Shown here: positions 17,791-26,363 of the stretch, in pieces
Numbering within the stretch: the first letter of the stretch is position 1
How the letters are laid out: each line of letters begins with the position of its first letter
Source: Acaryochloris marina S15
GTDB lineage: Bacteria; Cyanobacteriota; Cyanobacteriia; Thermosynechococcales; Thermosynechococcaceae
Direction: 5' to 3'
Assembly (NCBI RefSeq): GCF_018336915.1
Contig: NZ_CP064923.1
Span: 5,730,001-5,762,000 of the forward strand
Length of the DNA: 32,000 nt
The notes under the pieces: model-generated
The model's input: the letters and a program-made list of their open reading frames with translations, nothing else
Told to the model about the DNA's origin: nothing
The model's database searches: none
Program-made: the position numbers and the translations under genes

Positions 17791-18906
17791 TTAAAGTTGC
17801 AAAAAATCTTGAATAGCAGCCACGATTCGTTCGGAAGCTTGTCCATCTCCAAAGGGGTTAATCGCTTTGGCCATAGTGTTGTAGGCTTCTTTATTTTCTA
17901 AAAGAAGGCTGGCTTCGGCCAAGATCTTTTGGGTACTGGTGCCAATTAGTTTGGCGGTACCGGCTGTGACGGCTTCAGGTCTTTCGGTGGTTTCTCTTAA
18001 CACCAATACAGGTTTGCCAAGACTGGGGGCTTCTTCTTGTAATCCTCCAGAGTCTGTCAGTAAAAGATGACACCGTTGAATCGCTCCAACTAAATCGGTA
18101 TAGTCTAGGGGCTCCGTCAAGAAAATGCGAGGATGTTGACCCAAGATTGCGGTTAAGGGCTCTCTGACTGTAGGGTTGCGGTGCAGCGGCAGGATTAATG
18201 CGGTATCGGGAAATTTGTCTAAAACTTGAAGGAAACCCTGAGCAATATCTTGTAAGGGTTCTCCCCAATTTTCCCGGCGGTGAACGGTTGCCAAAATGGT
18301 TCGGTATTGGCTCCAGTCTAGATTGAGAATATTGCAGGATGGTTTTTTGTCGGCGACGGTCAGGAGGGCATCAATAACGGTGTTGCCGGTGTGGTGGATC
18401 GTTCCCGTGACTCCAGAAGCTTCTAGGTTTTCTACTGCTTTAGTAGTCGGTGCAAAGTGGAGTTGGGTGATTTGGGAGATCAATCGACGGTTGGCTTCTT
18501 CTGGATAGGGGTTGTAGATATTATCGGTGCGTAAGCCTGCTTCGACATGTCCTACAGGAATTTGCTGGTAAAACGCGGCTAGGGCTGCAGCAAAGGCTGT
18601 GGTTGTATCTCCTTGTACCAGAACGGCTTTGGGCTGCAGTTCTTGCAAGAGTGTCTGTAATCCTTGCAAACTCCGGCAAGTGATGTCAGCCAGAGTTTGT
18701 TTGGCCTTCATGATGTCTAAGTTATGGTCAGCTTCGAGATCGAAGATCTGCATCACTTGGTCGACCATTTCTTTATGTTGCCCTGTCAGTAAGACTTGGG
18801 TGGCGAATCGAGCATCAGACCGGAAGGCTTGAATCACAGGTGCAAGTTTAATGGCTTCTGGACGCGTCCCTAAGACGATACAGATCGGATGGGGAGAATT
18901 TGGCAT
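17791..18906 (-). CDS. wecB: UDP-N-acetylglucosamine 2-epimerase (non-hydrolysing)
   Basis: Motifs seen are IVLGTRPEAIKLAPV, VQGDTTT, HVEAGLRT, YPEEANRR and TDSGGLQEEAPSLGKPVLVLR. I place the start at Met 18906 (MPNSPHPICIV...) rather than at the ORF-track start 18975. Confidence 0.9.
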   Translation of the reverse strand: MPNSPHPICIVLGTRPEAIKLAPVIQAFRSDARFATQVLLTGQHKEMVDQVMQIFDLEADHNLDIMKAKQTLADITCRSLQGLQTLLQELQPKAVLVQGDTTTAFAAALAAFYQQIPVGHVEAGLRTDNIYNPYPEEANRRLISQITQLHFAPTTKAVENLEASGVTGTIHHTGNTVIDALLTVADKKPSCNILNLDWSQYRTILATVHRRENWGEPLQDIAQGFLQVLDKFPDTALILPLHRNPTVREPLTAILGQHPRIFLTEPLDYTDLVGAIQRCHLLLTDSGGLQEEAPSLGKPVLVLRETTERPEAVTAGTAKLIGTSTQKILAEASLLLENKEAYNTMAKAINPFGDGQASERIVAAIQDFLQL

Positions 18907-18994
18907 GCTGGCGCTAGAAATGCATAAAGACCATACTACTGAAAAACCCGGTTCATAACCGGGCTCAAGCTTCAAGATAACTCATGTTTACCGT

Positions 18995-19034
18995 AAAAGA
19001 GAGGCGCAGTAATCAATCACTGCGCCTCTCTTTT
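18995..19034. terminator. Intrinsic-terminator-like hairpin, readable on both strands
   Basis: AAAAGAGAGGCGCAGT (18995-19010) pairs perfectly with ACTGCGCCTCTCTTTT (19019-19034) across an 8-nt loop. On the plus strand a T6 run and more T-rich sequence follow. On the minus strand TTTT follows, 32 nt after the stop of the 19066-19437 gene. Confidence 0.75.
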
Positions 19035-19065
19035 TTATATTTTGTTTTTAGTATTGATGAGGCAA

Positions 19066-19437
19066 CTAGTTGCGATCGCAAGTCAAAGGACAAGCAGCAT
19101 AGATGGTGCTGCTGATGGGATTGGCTTTGCCATTGAGCCAACGTAACCAACGCACTTCATGGGGGTGAATGCCTTTGAAGGTCAGCATTGCAGCGCCCAC
19201 TATAATTGCCAAGGCGTTAGCAGCCAAAATACCGCCTGCTACCAAAGCAACAGCGCTCATGGGCAATACTGCCTGGAGTGCAACGGCAGCTAATGCTCCG
19301 CCAGTAGCCATCAAGACTACCAGGGGGAAACCCACCACGAGCCAACAAACGGTCAATGTAAAAGTCCAGATCAAAAAACTCTTAGCGATAAACACAAAGC
19401 TAGGTTGCTTTAAGTGAGAAGCTTCAGCCAATGTCAT
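19066..19437 (-). CDS. Hypothetical small membrane protein
   Basis: The 123-aa protein has three predicted hydrophobic helices rich in Ala, Gly and Val. A strong GGAGG lies 9 nt upstream of the ATG. I recognise no family. Confidence 0.6.
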   Translation of the reverse strand: MTLAEASHLKQPSFVFIAKSFLIWTFTLTVCWLVVGFPLVVLMATGGALAAVALQAVLPMSAVALVAGGILAANALAIIVGAAMLTFKGIHPHEVRWLRWLNGKANPISSTIYAACPLTCDRN

Positions 19438-20114
19438 TTTTAATTCCTCCCGCCAACCAACAGCGACTAAAAAAATATATTGTCGTCAAAGTCTTAATTC
19501 AAGTTTTCTTAGTATAAAGAATGAAAGTAGCAAAACTGGTTGATTGTTCAACATTATTTACATTAAAGCGAAAATGTTAAGACAATATTAATCTCTAATA
19601 TCCTGAAATCTGATGCTGATTAGCGTGTTTTTGAATCTGTGAAATCCTTTTGAATAAAAGGTCTCAGGTGAATATGCAGGTTCGAATTAAGACAAGATAA
19701 GTTGATGTATGAAAACTGCCCCATTGATCCCCATCATTAACTTAGTTTATATATCCCTCTCTTTCTCTCAGTTTTCTCCTATGAATTCTTGGTATAGCTG
19801 GCTTCAAGCAACAAGATTTTTATCCTTCTGAATGGTGATGAATGCTGAGTTTTTGCTTCAAAGACCTCAAACCCTTGGTAATCGGTGATGTCTATTTTGA
19901 AGTAGAAGAAAGATTAGATGAGTATAAATACATGCGTATAAATAACTACTAACCCATCAAGAATTTTTGAACATTCTGATGGGTTGTTTGGATAGCTATC
20001 GTTTATTCGCCAACGCTATAAGTCACGGACAACGGCATTGAACGACTCTGAACGGCCCTGCATTGAAGGATGAGAGGGCTACTCGGTAGCTGATTCTATG
20101 TGCTATGTAGATGT

Positions 20115-20187
20115 GAAAAATCAGACTCCATCAATCAGGTGGGAGCATTTATATGAGCTGCTCTATGATGATGGAGTCTGATTTTTC
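20115..20187. repeat. Perfect 19-bp inverted repeat with a 35-nt spacer in the leader region upstream of the PilT-like gene
   Basis: GAAAAATCAGACTCCATCA (20115-20133) is the exact reverse complement of TGATGGAGTCTGATTTTTC (20169-20187). Confidence 0.7.
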
Positions 20188-20392
20188 CTCCCATTACCCA
20201 TGATATTCAGTCAGTGATTGAGACCTACGTCTTGGCAATTCCAGACAAAACGTTAAATTTTTGGCGTTGATGGTGAACACTCTTTAACAAACCATCAGTT
20301 GCAAATCAAGCAAGATCGCCCTTTTTGGCTTCATCGTTGAGCACTGAAGAGTATTTAAACCAGTATGTCCATCGCTTGAGATAAGTATTGCT

Positions 20393-21748
20393 ATGACAGA
20401 TTATCAGCGTCCACCCTTTCCACCCCCACCCGCACCATTGCCCGCAGTTCCACCTCCCCCTCATCGCGATCACCGCTCGGAAGGAGACGCGATGGATACA
20501 GAAATGATTGCTACCCCGACGAAGGTGGTGCCAACTCAAGTGGTGAGCGCACCCCCGCCTCAAGCACCTGAGGAACCCACCGCCTTCCCTCAAACGCAGC
20601 CCTATGCTGGGTATGGGCAGACAGCAGTTGATAATGGTGAGCCGACTCAATCGACCTTACAGATGCGAGGTCGACCGCCTGGAACTGGCGTTACCTTGGA
20701 GCAACTGGTTCGTGAAGCCTTTGAGAATAATTTTTCGGATATTCACCTGGGTGTAGGTGAAGCGCCTCGTTTCCGAGATCGCGGTCGCCTAGAACTATCT
20801 CGTCATCCTGTGACGGATGATACGACCTTTGAATATTGGTTAGAAGAAATTTTGACCCCTGAAGAAATTCAGCGGTTTCATGCCAATCAAGAATATGATG
20901 GCGCCACCCAATATGACGGCATGGCCCGGGTTCGAATCAATATTTTTGTCAGTCTGAAAGGGCCATCGATGGTCATGCGACTGATCCCCTTAAAAATTCT
21001 GACTTTAGAAGATCTCAATCTACCTCTTGTCTTTCAGGATTTGTGTCACTACCACAAGGGCTTGGTTTTGGTAACAGGACCCACCGGATCTGGTAAATCG
21101 ACAACGATGGCGGCAATGGTTGATTACATCAACACAGAAATGCCGAAACATATTATCTCGATTGAAGATCCAATTGAATTTGTGCACCAAAGTCGCAAGG
21201 CGATGATTCGCCAGCGAGAAGTAGGGATTCACACCCAAAAATTTGATAACGCCCTGAAAGCGTCCTTGCGAGAAGACCCTGATGTGATTCTAATTGGGGA
21301 AATGCGGGATCGCGAAACGGTGAATACAGCCCTCAAAGCCGCTCAGACCGGTCACTTGGTGTTTGGAACCCTACACACCAACAGTGCTGTCAAAACGATT
21401 GAGAGAATTCTCAACCTGTATAAGCCGGAAGAACAAGAACCCATGCGGGTTCAAGTGGCAGAATCCTTGGTGGCTGTGATTGCACAGTCTCTCGTGCGAA
21501 CCACCGATGGCAAGCGAGCTGCGATTCATGAAATCATGATTAACACCGACGCCATTAAGGACTACATTCTCCGAGGGGCGATCGAAGAAGTCGAGGCGAT
21601 GATTCCACAATGTAGTTATGACGGCATGGTGACGATGAACCAGTGTCTGCATAACCTCTACGAGGAAGGCCGCATTGATGAAGAAACGGCTCTAGAAATG
21701 TCTCCCAAGCCCAATGAAATGGCTCAAATCCTAAGGGGACGGATCTAG
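20393..21748 (+). CDS. pilT: Type IV pilus retraction ATPase family protein (PilT/PilT2-like) with a proline-rich N-terminal extension
   Basis: Walker A is GPTGSGKST, Walker B is DVILIGEMRD, and the His box is GHLVFGTLHT. The PilT N-domain reads FSDIHLGVGEAPRFRDRG. About 95 N-terminal residues are low-complexity and Pro-rich (PPFPPPPAPLPAVPPPP). The canonical AIRNLIRE motif is degenerate here (AIKDYILRG). Confidence 0.85.
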   Translation: MTDYQRPPFPPPPAPLPAVPPPPHRDHRSEGDAMDTEMIATPTKVVPTQVVSAPPPQAPEEPTAFPQTQPYAGYGQTAVDNGEPTQSTLQMRGRPPGTGVTLEQLVREAFENNFSDIHLGVGEAPRFRDRGRLELSRHPVTDDTTFEYWLEEILTPEEIQRFHANQEYDGATQYDGMARVRINIFVSLKGPSMVMRLIPLKILTLEDLNLPLVFQDLCHYHKGLVLVTGPTGSGKSTTMAAMVDYINTEMPKHIISIEDPIEFVHQSRKAMIRQREVGIHTQKFDNALKASLREDPDVILIGEMRDRETVNTALKAAQTGHLVFGTLHTNSAVKTIERILNLYKPEEQEPMRVQVAESLVAVIAQSLVRTTDGKRAAIHEIMINTDAIKDYILRGAIEEVEAMIPQCSYDGMVTMNQCLHNLYEEGRIDEETALEMSPKPNEMAQILRGRI

Positions 21749-21820
21749 TCAGCCCTGGAGAGGTCTGTTATAAGGTATCTGATAGGTCTCTGGTCTAACA
21801 TTGACTGCTGAATCAACTTT

Positions 21821-22633
21821 GTGACTACCTTGCGATCGCAGCCTCTCCCCTTTCTATATAAAGGTCTCGCCCTGTTTACACCGGGGGGAGACCTGATTTA
21901 TTGCGTCGATCCAAGCAAGCAAGACCACTGGCACTTCCAGCTCTGTCAAGCACTGCAAACGTTGCTGCATTTGCCAGAACCGCCCCTTTTTCTCGTCCCT
22001 TGCTATACGGCAACCTTAGATCGGTGGTTACATCCTCAGACCCAACAGCTGCAAATTTCAGCTGAAGCTTATCCTCGTGTCTGGCGGTATCGCAGTTTGC
22101 TGAATGTGCTATTTGGGTTGTCGGCAGAGCATTGGCACATGATGTCTACCCCAGTCGACACTTGTGATGCAGTGGTCCTCAATAGCTATAAACAGCAGTT
22201 TCCACAGCTGTGGAAAAATCACAATTTAGTGATTCGTTTAGATCAAGTGTCTATGAGTTCTAGCCCTACCCCTGATTCTCTGGATGCTTTACCAGCAGAT
22301 AAAGTCGAGCCGAATCCGGTGGAGGCTCAAGCCCATGGCTCTGATGCGGATATGTCTCAAGGTTATGTTTTACGTTTGTTTGTTGCTAGCCATAATATCC
22401 GTACGAAAAGTATTTTAGAAAACCTACATCAGCTGCTCGATCAAGTGTTAGATGTGCCTTATACGTTAAAGGTGATTGATGTGGCGAAACATCCTGAGCG
22501 CGCAGAAGCAGATCAAATTGCAGCGACTCCCACGTTGGTAAAAGTTTGGCCCGAGCCAGTCCGACGACTGGTGGGTGATCAATTAGAAACGGATAACGTG
22601 ATGCAATTGCTGGATGCCTTAGAAACTAGCTAG
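21821..22633 (+). CDS. Long KaiB-domain protein (unknown N-terminal domain of about 175 aa plus C-terminal KaiB-like domain)
   Basis: The C-terminal sequence YVLRLFVASHN...YTLKVIDVAKHPERAEADQIAATPTLVKVWPEPVRRLVGD aligns with the KaiB motifs YILKLYVAG, LKVIDV and ATPTLxKxxPxPVRRxIGD. The start is GTG, 73 nt after the PilT-like stop. Confidence 0.8.
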   Translation: MTTLRSQPLPFLYKGLALFTPGGDLIYCVDPSKQDHWHFQLCQALQTLLHLPEPPLFLVPCYTATLDRWLHPQTQQLQISAEAYPRVWRYRSLLNVLFGLSAEHWHMMSTPVDTCDAVVLNSYKQQFPQLWKNHNLVIRLDQVSMSSSPTPDSLDALPADKVEPNPVEAQAHGSDADMSQGYVLRLFVASHNIRTKSILENLHQLLDQVLDVPYTLKVIDVAKHPERAEADQIAATPTLVKVWPEPVRRLVGDQLETDNVMQLLDALETS

Positions 22634-22829
22634 AAAAACTGAGTTTTGGATGGCTTTTCAAGAAGTTTGAATCCCTATGATCTGGATATGAGTCATTCCT
22701 CACAAATAGAGGGATTCTTGGGGAATTCAAATTTGTCGATTGCTTGGATTCAGATAGTTGACAAATACGCTTTATTCACAATGGGTCTTCTGATACACTG
22801 GCTCGGCAGGGATAGGGATTCGCGCAGCT

Positions 22830-23552
22830 GTGACCTTTGATTGGATCTTTTTTGATTGCTTTAATACCCTCATTGATGATTTTGATCAAACGGGGGAAGA
22901 GTTAGCACTGCTTCCAGTCTATTCATTGCCTGCTGAGGTCGGTTTATATGCTTCTGCAGCTGAATTTCGGCGAGATTATCATGCTTGGCGAAATCGCCAA
23001 TGGCAGTCTGAACATCGTGAAATTGAGATGGGCGATCGTTATCAGGCTGTTCTGCAAGAAAAATTTCCATCGATACCCGTGCTAGAGCTGGAAAAGATGG
23101 CATCAGAAATGGTGGATCGGTTTCGGGTGGGGTATCAACAGTCTTTGCGTTTACCGGATGGTGTCCAAGAAATGCTGCAGTTTTGGCATGGACGGGTGCG
23201 GTTGGGTGTGGTTTCCAATTTTTATATTCAAGGTTGGCCCACAGAGCTATTAGAGAGTTTTGGGTTACGGTCTTATTTTGATTTTGTGATGGATAGTGCA
23301 GCCTGTGGTTGGCGAAAACCGGGACCACATATCTATGAACTGGCCTGCGATGTAGCGAAAGTCACTCAGGCGGATCGTCACAAAATTTTGTTTGTGGGGG
23401 ATCATTTACTGAATGATGTATTGGCACCTCAAGAATTAGGAATGCAGGGCCTCTTTTTTGATCGCTCTCAGGTACGGCCTACCTATGCGCCTTCGACCGA
23501 AGGCGTGAATTCTATTACTCAATGGAATCAATTTCGGCCTGATTTTTGCTAA
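22830..23552 (+). CDS. HAD-superfamily hydrolase (subfamily IA-like)
   Basis: The motif I region is IFFDCFNTLID, the motif III region is WRKP, and the motif IV region is FVGDHLLNDV. The start is GTG. Confidence 0.75.
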   Translation: MTFDWIFFDCFNTLIDDFDQTGEELALLPVYSLPAEVGLYASAAEFRRDYHAWRNRQWQSEHREIEMGDRYQAVLQEKFPSIPVLELEKMASEMVDRFRVGYQQSLRLPDGVQEMLQFWHGRVRLGVVSNFYIQGWPTELLESFGLRSYFDFVMDSAACGWRKPGPHIYELACDVAKVTQADRHKILFVGDHLLNDVLAPQELGMQGLFFDRSQVRPTYAPSTEGVNSITQWNQFRPDFC

Positions 23553-23575
23553 AAGTAAGCAAGTCAAGCTTGAGT

Positions 23576-25936
23576 CTAGTTGAAGAATTCTTCTGATTTT
23601 GTTAAGTCAGCTTTAGCTTTGTTCGGATACCCCATATCGAAGTGAATCTCCGCTCGTGATTCATAGGCCCATGCATTTTTAGGATCTATTGAAAGGGCTA
23701 AGTTCAAATCTTTAAGTGCTGCTGGGTAACGTTCTTGCTGCTGGTATAGCAACGCTCTCTTAATTAAAGTTTCAGTATTCTGAGGATTGATTTGTAAAGC
23801 TGTGCTGTAGTCCTGAATTGCACCGTTTTGATCACCGATATTTTGCTTTGCGTTGCCTCTTCTCATCAAAGCTTCAATATTTTCTGGATTTTGCTTGATT
23901 TTTTTAGTGGCTTTAGCGATTTCGGGCAACCACCGTATCTCATTTCCTTTTTGGCGATCTGCTTTAGCTTGATGTAGGTCTCCTGCTAATGTGTGAGCTT
24001 GGCTTCGAAGATAGTATGACTCAAAGATGTCAGGGAATTGATTTATAACCAAGTTTGCATCTGTAATACTACCCTCTATGTCTTTGAGAGCTAATTTTGC
24101 GTAACCTCGCCTCAGATAAGCTGTTGAATCTTGTGGATTGTTCTGAATTTTTTGGGTTGCTGTCTTGATTTCCTGACGGAAGGCTTCTTCATTTTGCTGA
24201 GAGGCATATTGTTTGAAGTTCTCTACAGATCGACGAAATTGGGCCTCACGTTTCTGAGATTCTGATTTTCCTACGTCTTGAACAATAGCTTCAAGTTGAC
24301 GTGGTGAGAATAGTGAGTAAATTCCTCCACAAATTCCGACCACTAAGCACACGAGGTAAATGATTGATAATCCTATGCGTGACCTCAACGGTGCAGTATC
24401 AGTCCGTTGCATTTCAAGGATGCCAGATGCGATCGCTTTTTTCTGAGCATAGGAGAGCTCGGGTGCGTCCTGCAATTTGGTAAAAATAAGTTGGGCTGCA
24501 GCTGCTTCATCTTGCTCAGGTATTTCTCGTAAGTCTTGTCGTAATTCAGAACTCCAGCGAGCTATCTTAAAACTTGCTGGAATAGATGCTGCGATTAAAA
24601 TACTGAAGATTAATATGAGTGGGTTTGATAATCCCAGCAAAAATAGCATCAATGCACCAAAGCTTTTGTAAATGCAACCAAGGTAAGGATTGCGTGAAAA
24701 GACTAGTAAGTCTGAAATTTGACCACCATCTAATGGATAAATAGGCAGAAGATTAAAGAGATTTAAAATAATTAATATACTGCTCGTTTCTTGCCAAATG
24801 TTTTCGCTCAAGTTGTTGAAAAGACTGGCAAATGCTTGGCCAGAATTACCAGCGATAGCGATACCGATGCCTAGAATTAGTCCTGGTAATGGACCCGCCA
24901 GAGAAATCCAAAATTTTTCTGTGAGCGAGGCATTCTCTTTGCGAGCTGTAGCTAGGGCTCCTAAGAAAGGGATAAATAGAACTGAAGGTGAGCTATAACC
25001 AAATAGCAGCATTGCGAGTAAGTGCCCTCCTTCATGTAGGATGATTGCACCAATAAAAATTAGTAAAGCTATGGGTTCAAATTGAGTGGCAAAACTTGCT
25101 GTAAATGCAGCGAGCGATGCAAGGATAAGCCATTTTGATTGACTTTTAGTCTCAACACTTCTTGATGCTCTTGACTCAAGAAAAGTTTGGGTTTCATACT
25201 CAATCTGAGTGTTTTGATCAAGCGTATAAGTCGTTTTAGTATTTTTTGGTGAAAACCACTGTTCAAATAAAATGTTTATAACAAGCTTAGTAGCATTTTT
25301 AAAAGAGTGGCGATAGGTATTTCCTTCTTCTATCCAATGAAAGTTGCCACTATTGACTGACAACGTGGTGTGAGCCTTATTATGTTCCATGAGCTTGGTA
25401 TGAAAAGCGTTAGGCTCTAAGGCTATAGGAGAAACTGTACTTTTTCTAAGCTGTAATTCATGGGTATATAACAGATCATTGATTGAAGCATGGACAAGAC
25501 TCTGCTTTATCTCACCAGAATAAGGTAGAAAAGAACCATAGTCTTTGATGTTTGTTGTAATTACGAAAGTACTATTTTGCAAAATGCTTAGCATTTCAAT
25601 AAAGATACTTTTCTGGACATCTTGAAAAGGTTGAAGAGCAATTAAACAACAATATTTTGAGGAACTAGGATCTTGAAAGAGTAATTCCCATGCGGGTGGA
25701 TCATTGGCAGTTGTAAAAATGTGATAATACCCAATGAATTTAAAATTTAAGCTTTTTAGATTTTGTATATAGTCTTTGAGTGCTTTATTAATAATTGGGG
25801 GGAATTTATCTGGATCGGAAATCTCAATTTTTGAGATTGCCTGAACGATTTGTGTCACCTTGTAGCTGGCAAAAATGACCAGAGATAGAAAAAAGATAAA
25901 GCTAACTAATATTACTAAGGCTAGATTGGACAGCAT
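23576..25936 (-). CDS. Multidomain membrane protein: N-terminal unknown domain, M50 (site-2 protease) core, C-terminal TPR repeats
   Basis: HEGGHLLAM (HExxH) and NLLPIYPLDGG (the NxxPxxxLDG motif of M50) are embedded in hydrophobic helices. After a further transmembrane helix the C-terminal 230 or so aa show TPR-like periodicity (AYLRRGYAKLALKD..., ALMRRGNAKQNIGD..., AWAYESRAEIHFDMG). The gene is AT-rich. Confidence 0.75.
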   Translation of the reverse strand: MLSNLALVILVSFIFFLSLVIFASYKVTQIVQAISKIEISDPDKFPPIINKALKDYIQNLKSLNFKFIGYYHIFTTANDPPAWELLFQDPSSSKYCCLIALQPFQDVQKSIFIEMLSILQNSTFVITTNIKDYGSFLPYSGEIKQSLVHASINDLLYTHELQLRKSTVSPIALEPNAFHTKLMEHNKAHTTLSVNSGNFHWIEEGNTYRHSFKNATKLVINILFEQWFSPKNTKTTYTLDQNTQIEYETQTFLESRASRSVETKSQSKWLILASLAAFTASFATQFEPIALLIFIGAIILHEGGHLLAMLLFGYSSPSVLFIPFLGALATARKENASLTEKFWISLAGPLPGLILGIGIAIAGNSGQAFASLFNNLSENIWQETSSILIILNLFNLLPIYPLDGGQISDLLVFSRNPYLGCIYKSFGALMLFLLGLSNPLILIFSILIAASIPASFKIARWSSELRQDLREIPEQDEAAAAQLIFTKLQDAPELSYAQKKAIASGILEMQRTDTAPLRSRIGLSIIYLVCLVVGICGGIYSLFSPRQLEAIVQDVGKSESQKREAQFRRSVENFKQYASQQNEEAFRQEIKTATQKIQNNPQDSTAYLRRGYAKLALKDIEGSITDANLVINQFPDIFESYYLRSQAHTLAGDLHQAKADRQKGNEIRWLPEIAKATKKIKQNPENIEALMRRGNAKQNIGDQNGAIQDYSTALQINPQNTETLIKRALLYQQQERYPAALKDLNLALSIDPKNAWAYESRAEIHFDMGYPNKAKADLTKSEEFFN

Positions 25937-26363
25937 ATTAATAACTGAGAAAAGAAAAGAAGAATACGATTCTCTAGGGAGACCTACCTTAGTTTTCCCT
26001 GTTATTATTTCTAGGCAGCATTTGTTTATGCCTAATTTTTACCGAGTTTACACAAGATAAATGCTTATTGATGGTGATACTGGTCAAAGCTTGTTTTTGA
26101 ATCTGCTTATACTGAATGTTCGAGATTTTTGAGCTATTTGATTGCTGATTGAACATCATCATGATGTTGTGAGCCTTGATGTTCTTTCTTCGATCGCTAG
26201 TATTTGAAACGGTTAAAGAATGAGAGAAGGGCAATTACCTCGATAAGTGATTATCAGTTTCAGGTCCGTGGCTTAAGAGTTTAGCTTGGGTGGGTTGGCG
26301 GCTATCTTTGGCAATTGGGGTTGATATCTTCGCTTTATAAGCTGTTGTGATAGTCTGACTGGA

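Noticed and set aside
19540-19570. A TTTACATT-containing stretch, considered as an HLR1/RpaB-type site upstream of the small membrane-protein gene
   Set aside because: The two half-sites are spaced at 9 nt rather than the 10-nt register of HLR1, and the first half matches poorly.
19670-19700. A tRNA-like T-loop string GGTTCGAAT that might mark a tRNA or an integration remnant
   Set aside because: The flanking sequence cannot form a T-arm, acceptor stem or anticodon arm. A similar string inside the PilT-like CDS (about 20925) shows it occurs by chance.
20306-20650. A 114-aa minus-strand ORF overlapping the start of the PilT-like gene
   Set aside because: It is antisense to the proline-rich coding region, which generates an open Gly/Trp/Arg-rich frame. 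It has no plausible ribosome-binding site and no recognisable fold.
22646-22840. A 64-aa plus-strand ORF between the KaiB-like and HAD genes
   Set aside because: It has a TTG start, no recognisable features, and overlaps the HAD start. It is probably just intergenic sequence.
25989-26234. An 81-aa minus-strand ORF upstream of the M50-TPR gene, considered as a possible protease substrate or anti-sigma factor
   Set aside because: Its composition is low-complexity and rich in Asn, Ser, Lys and Gln, as expected from translating AT-rich DNA. It has no transmembrane helix and no sigma-binding features.
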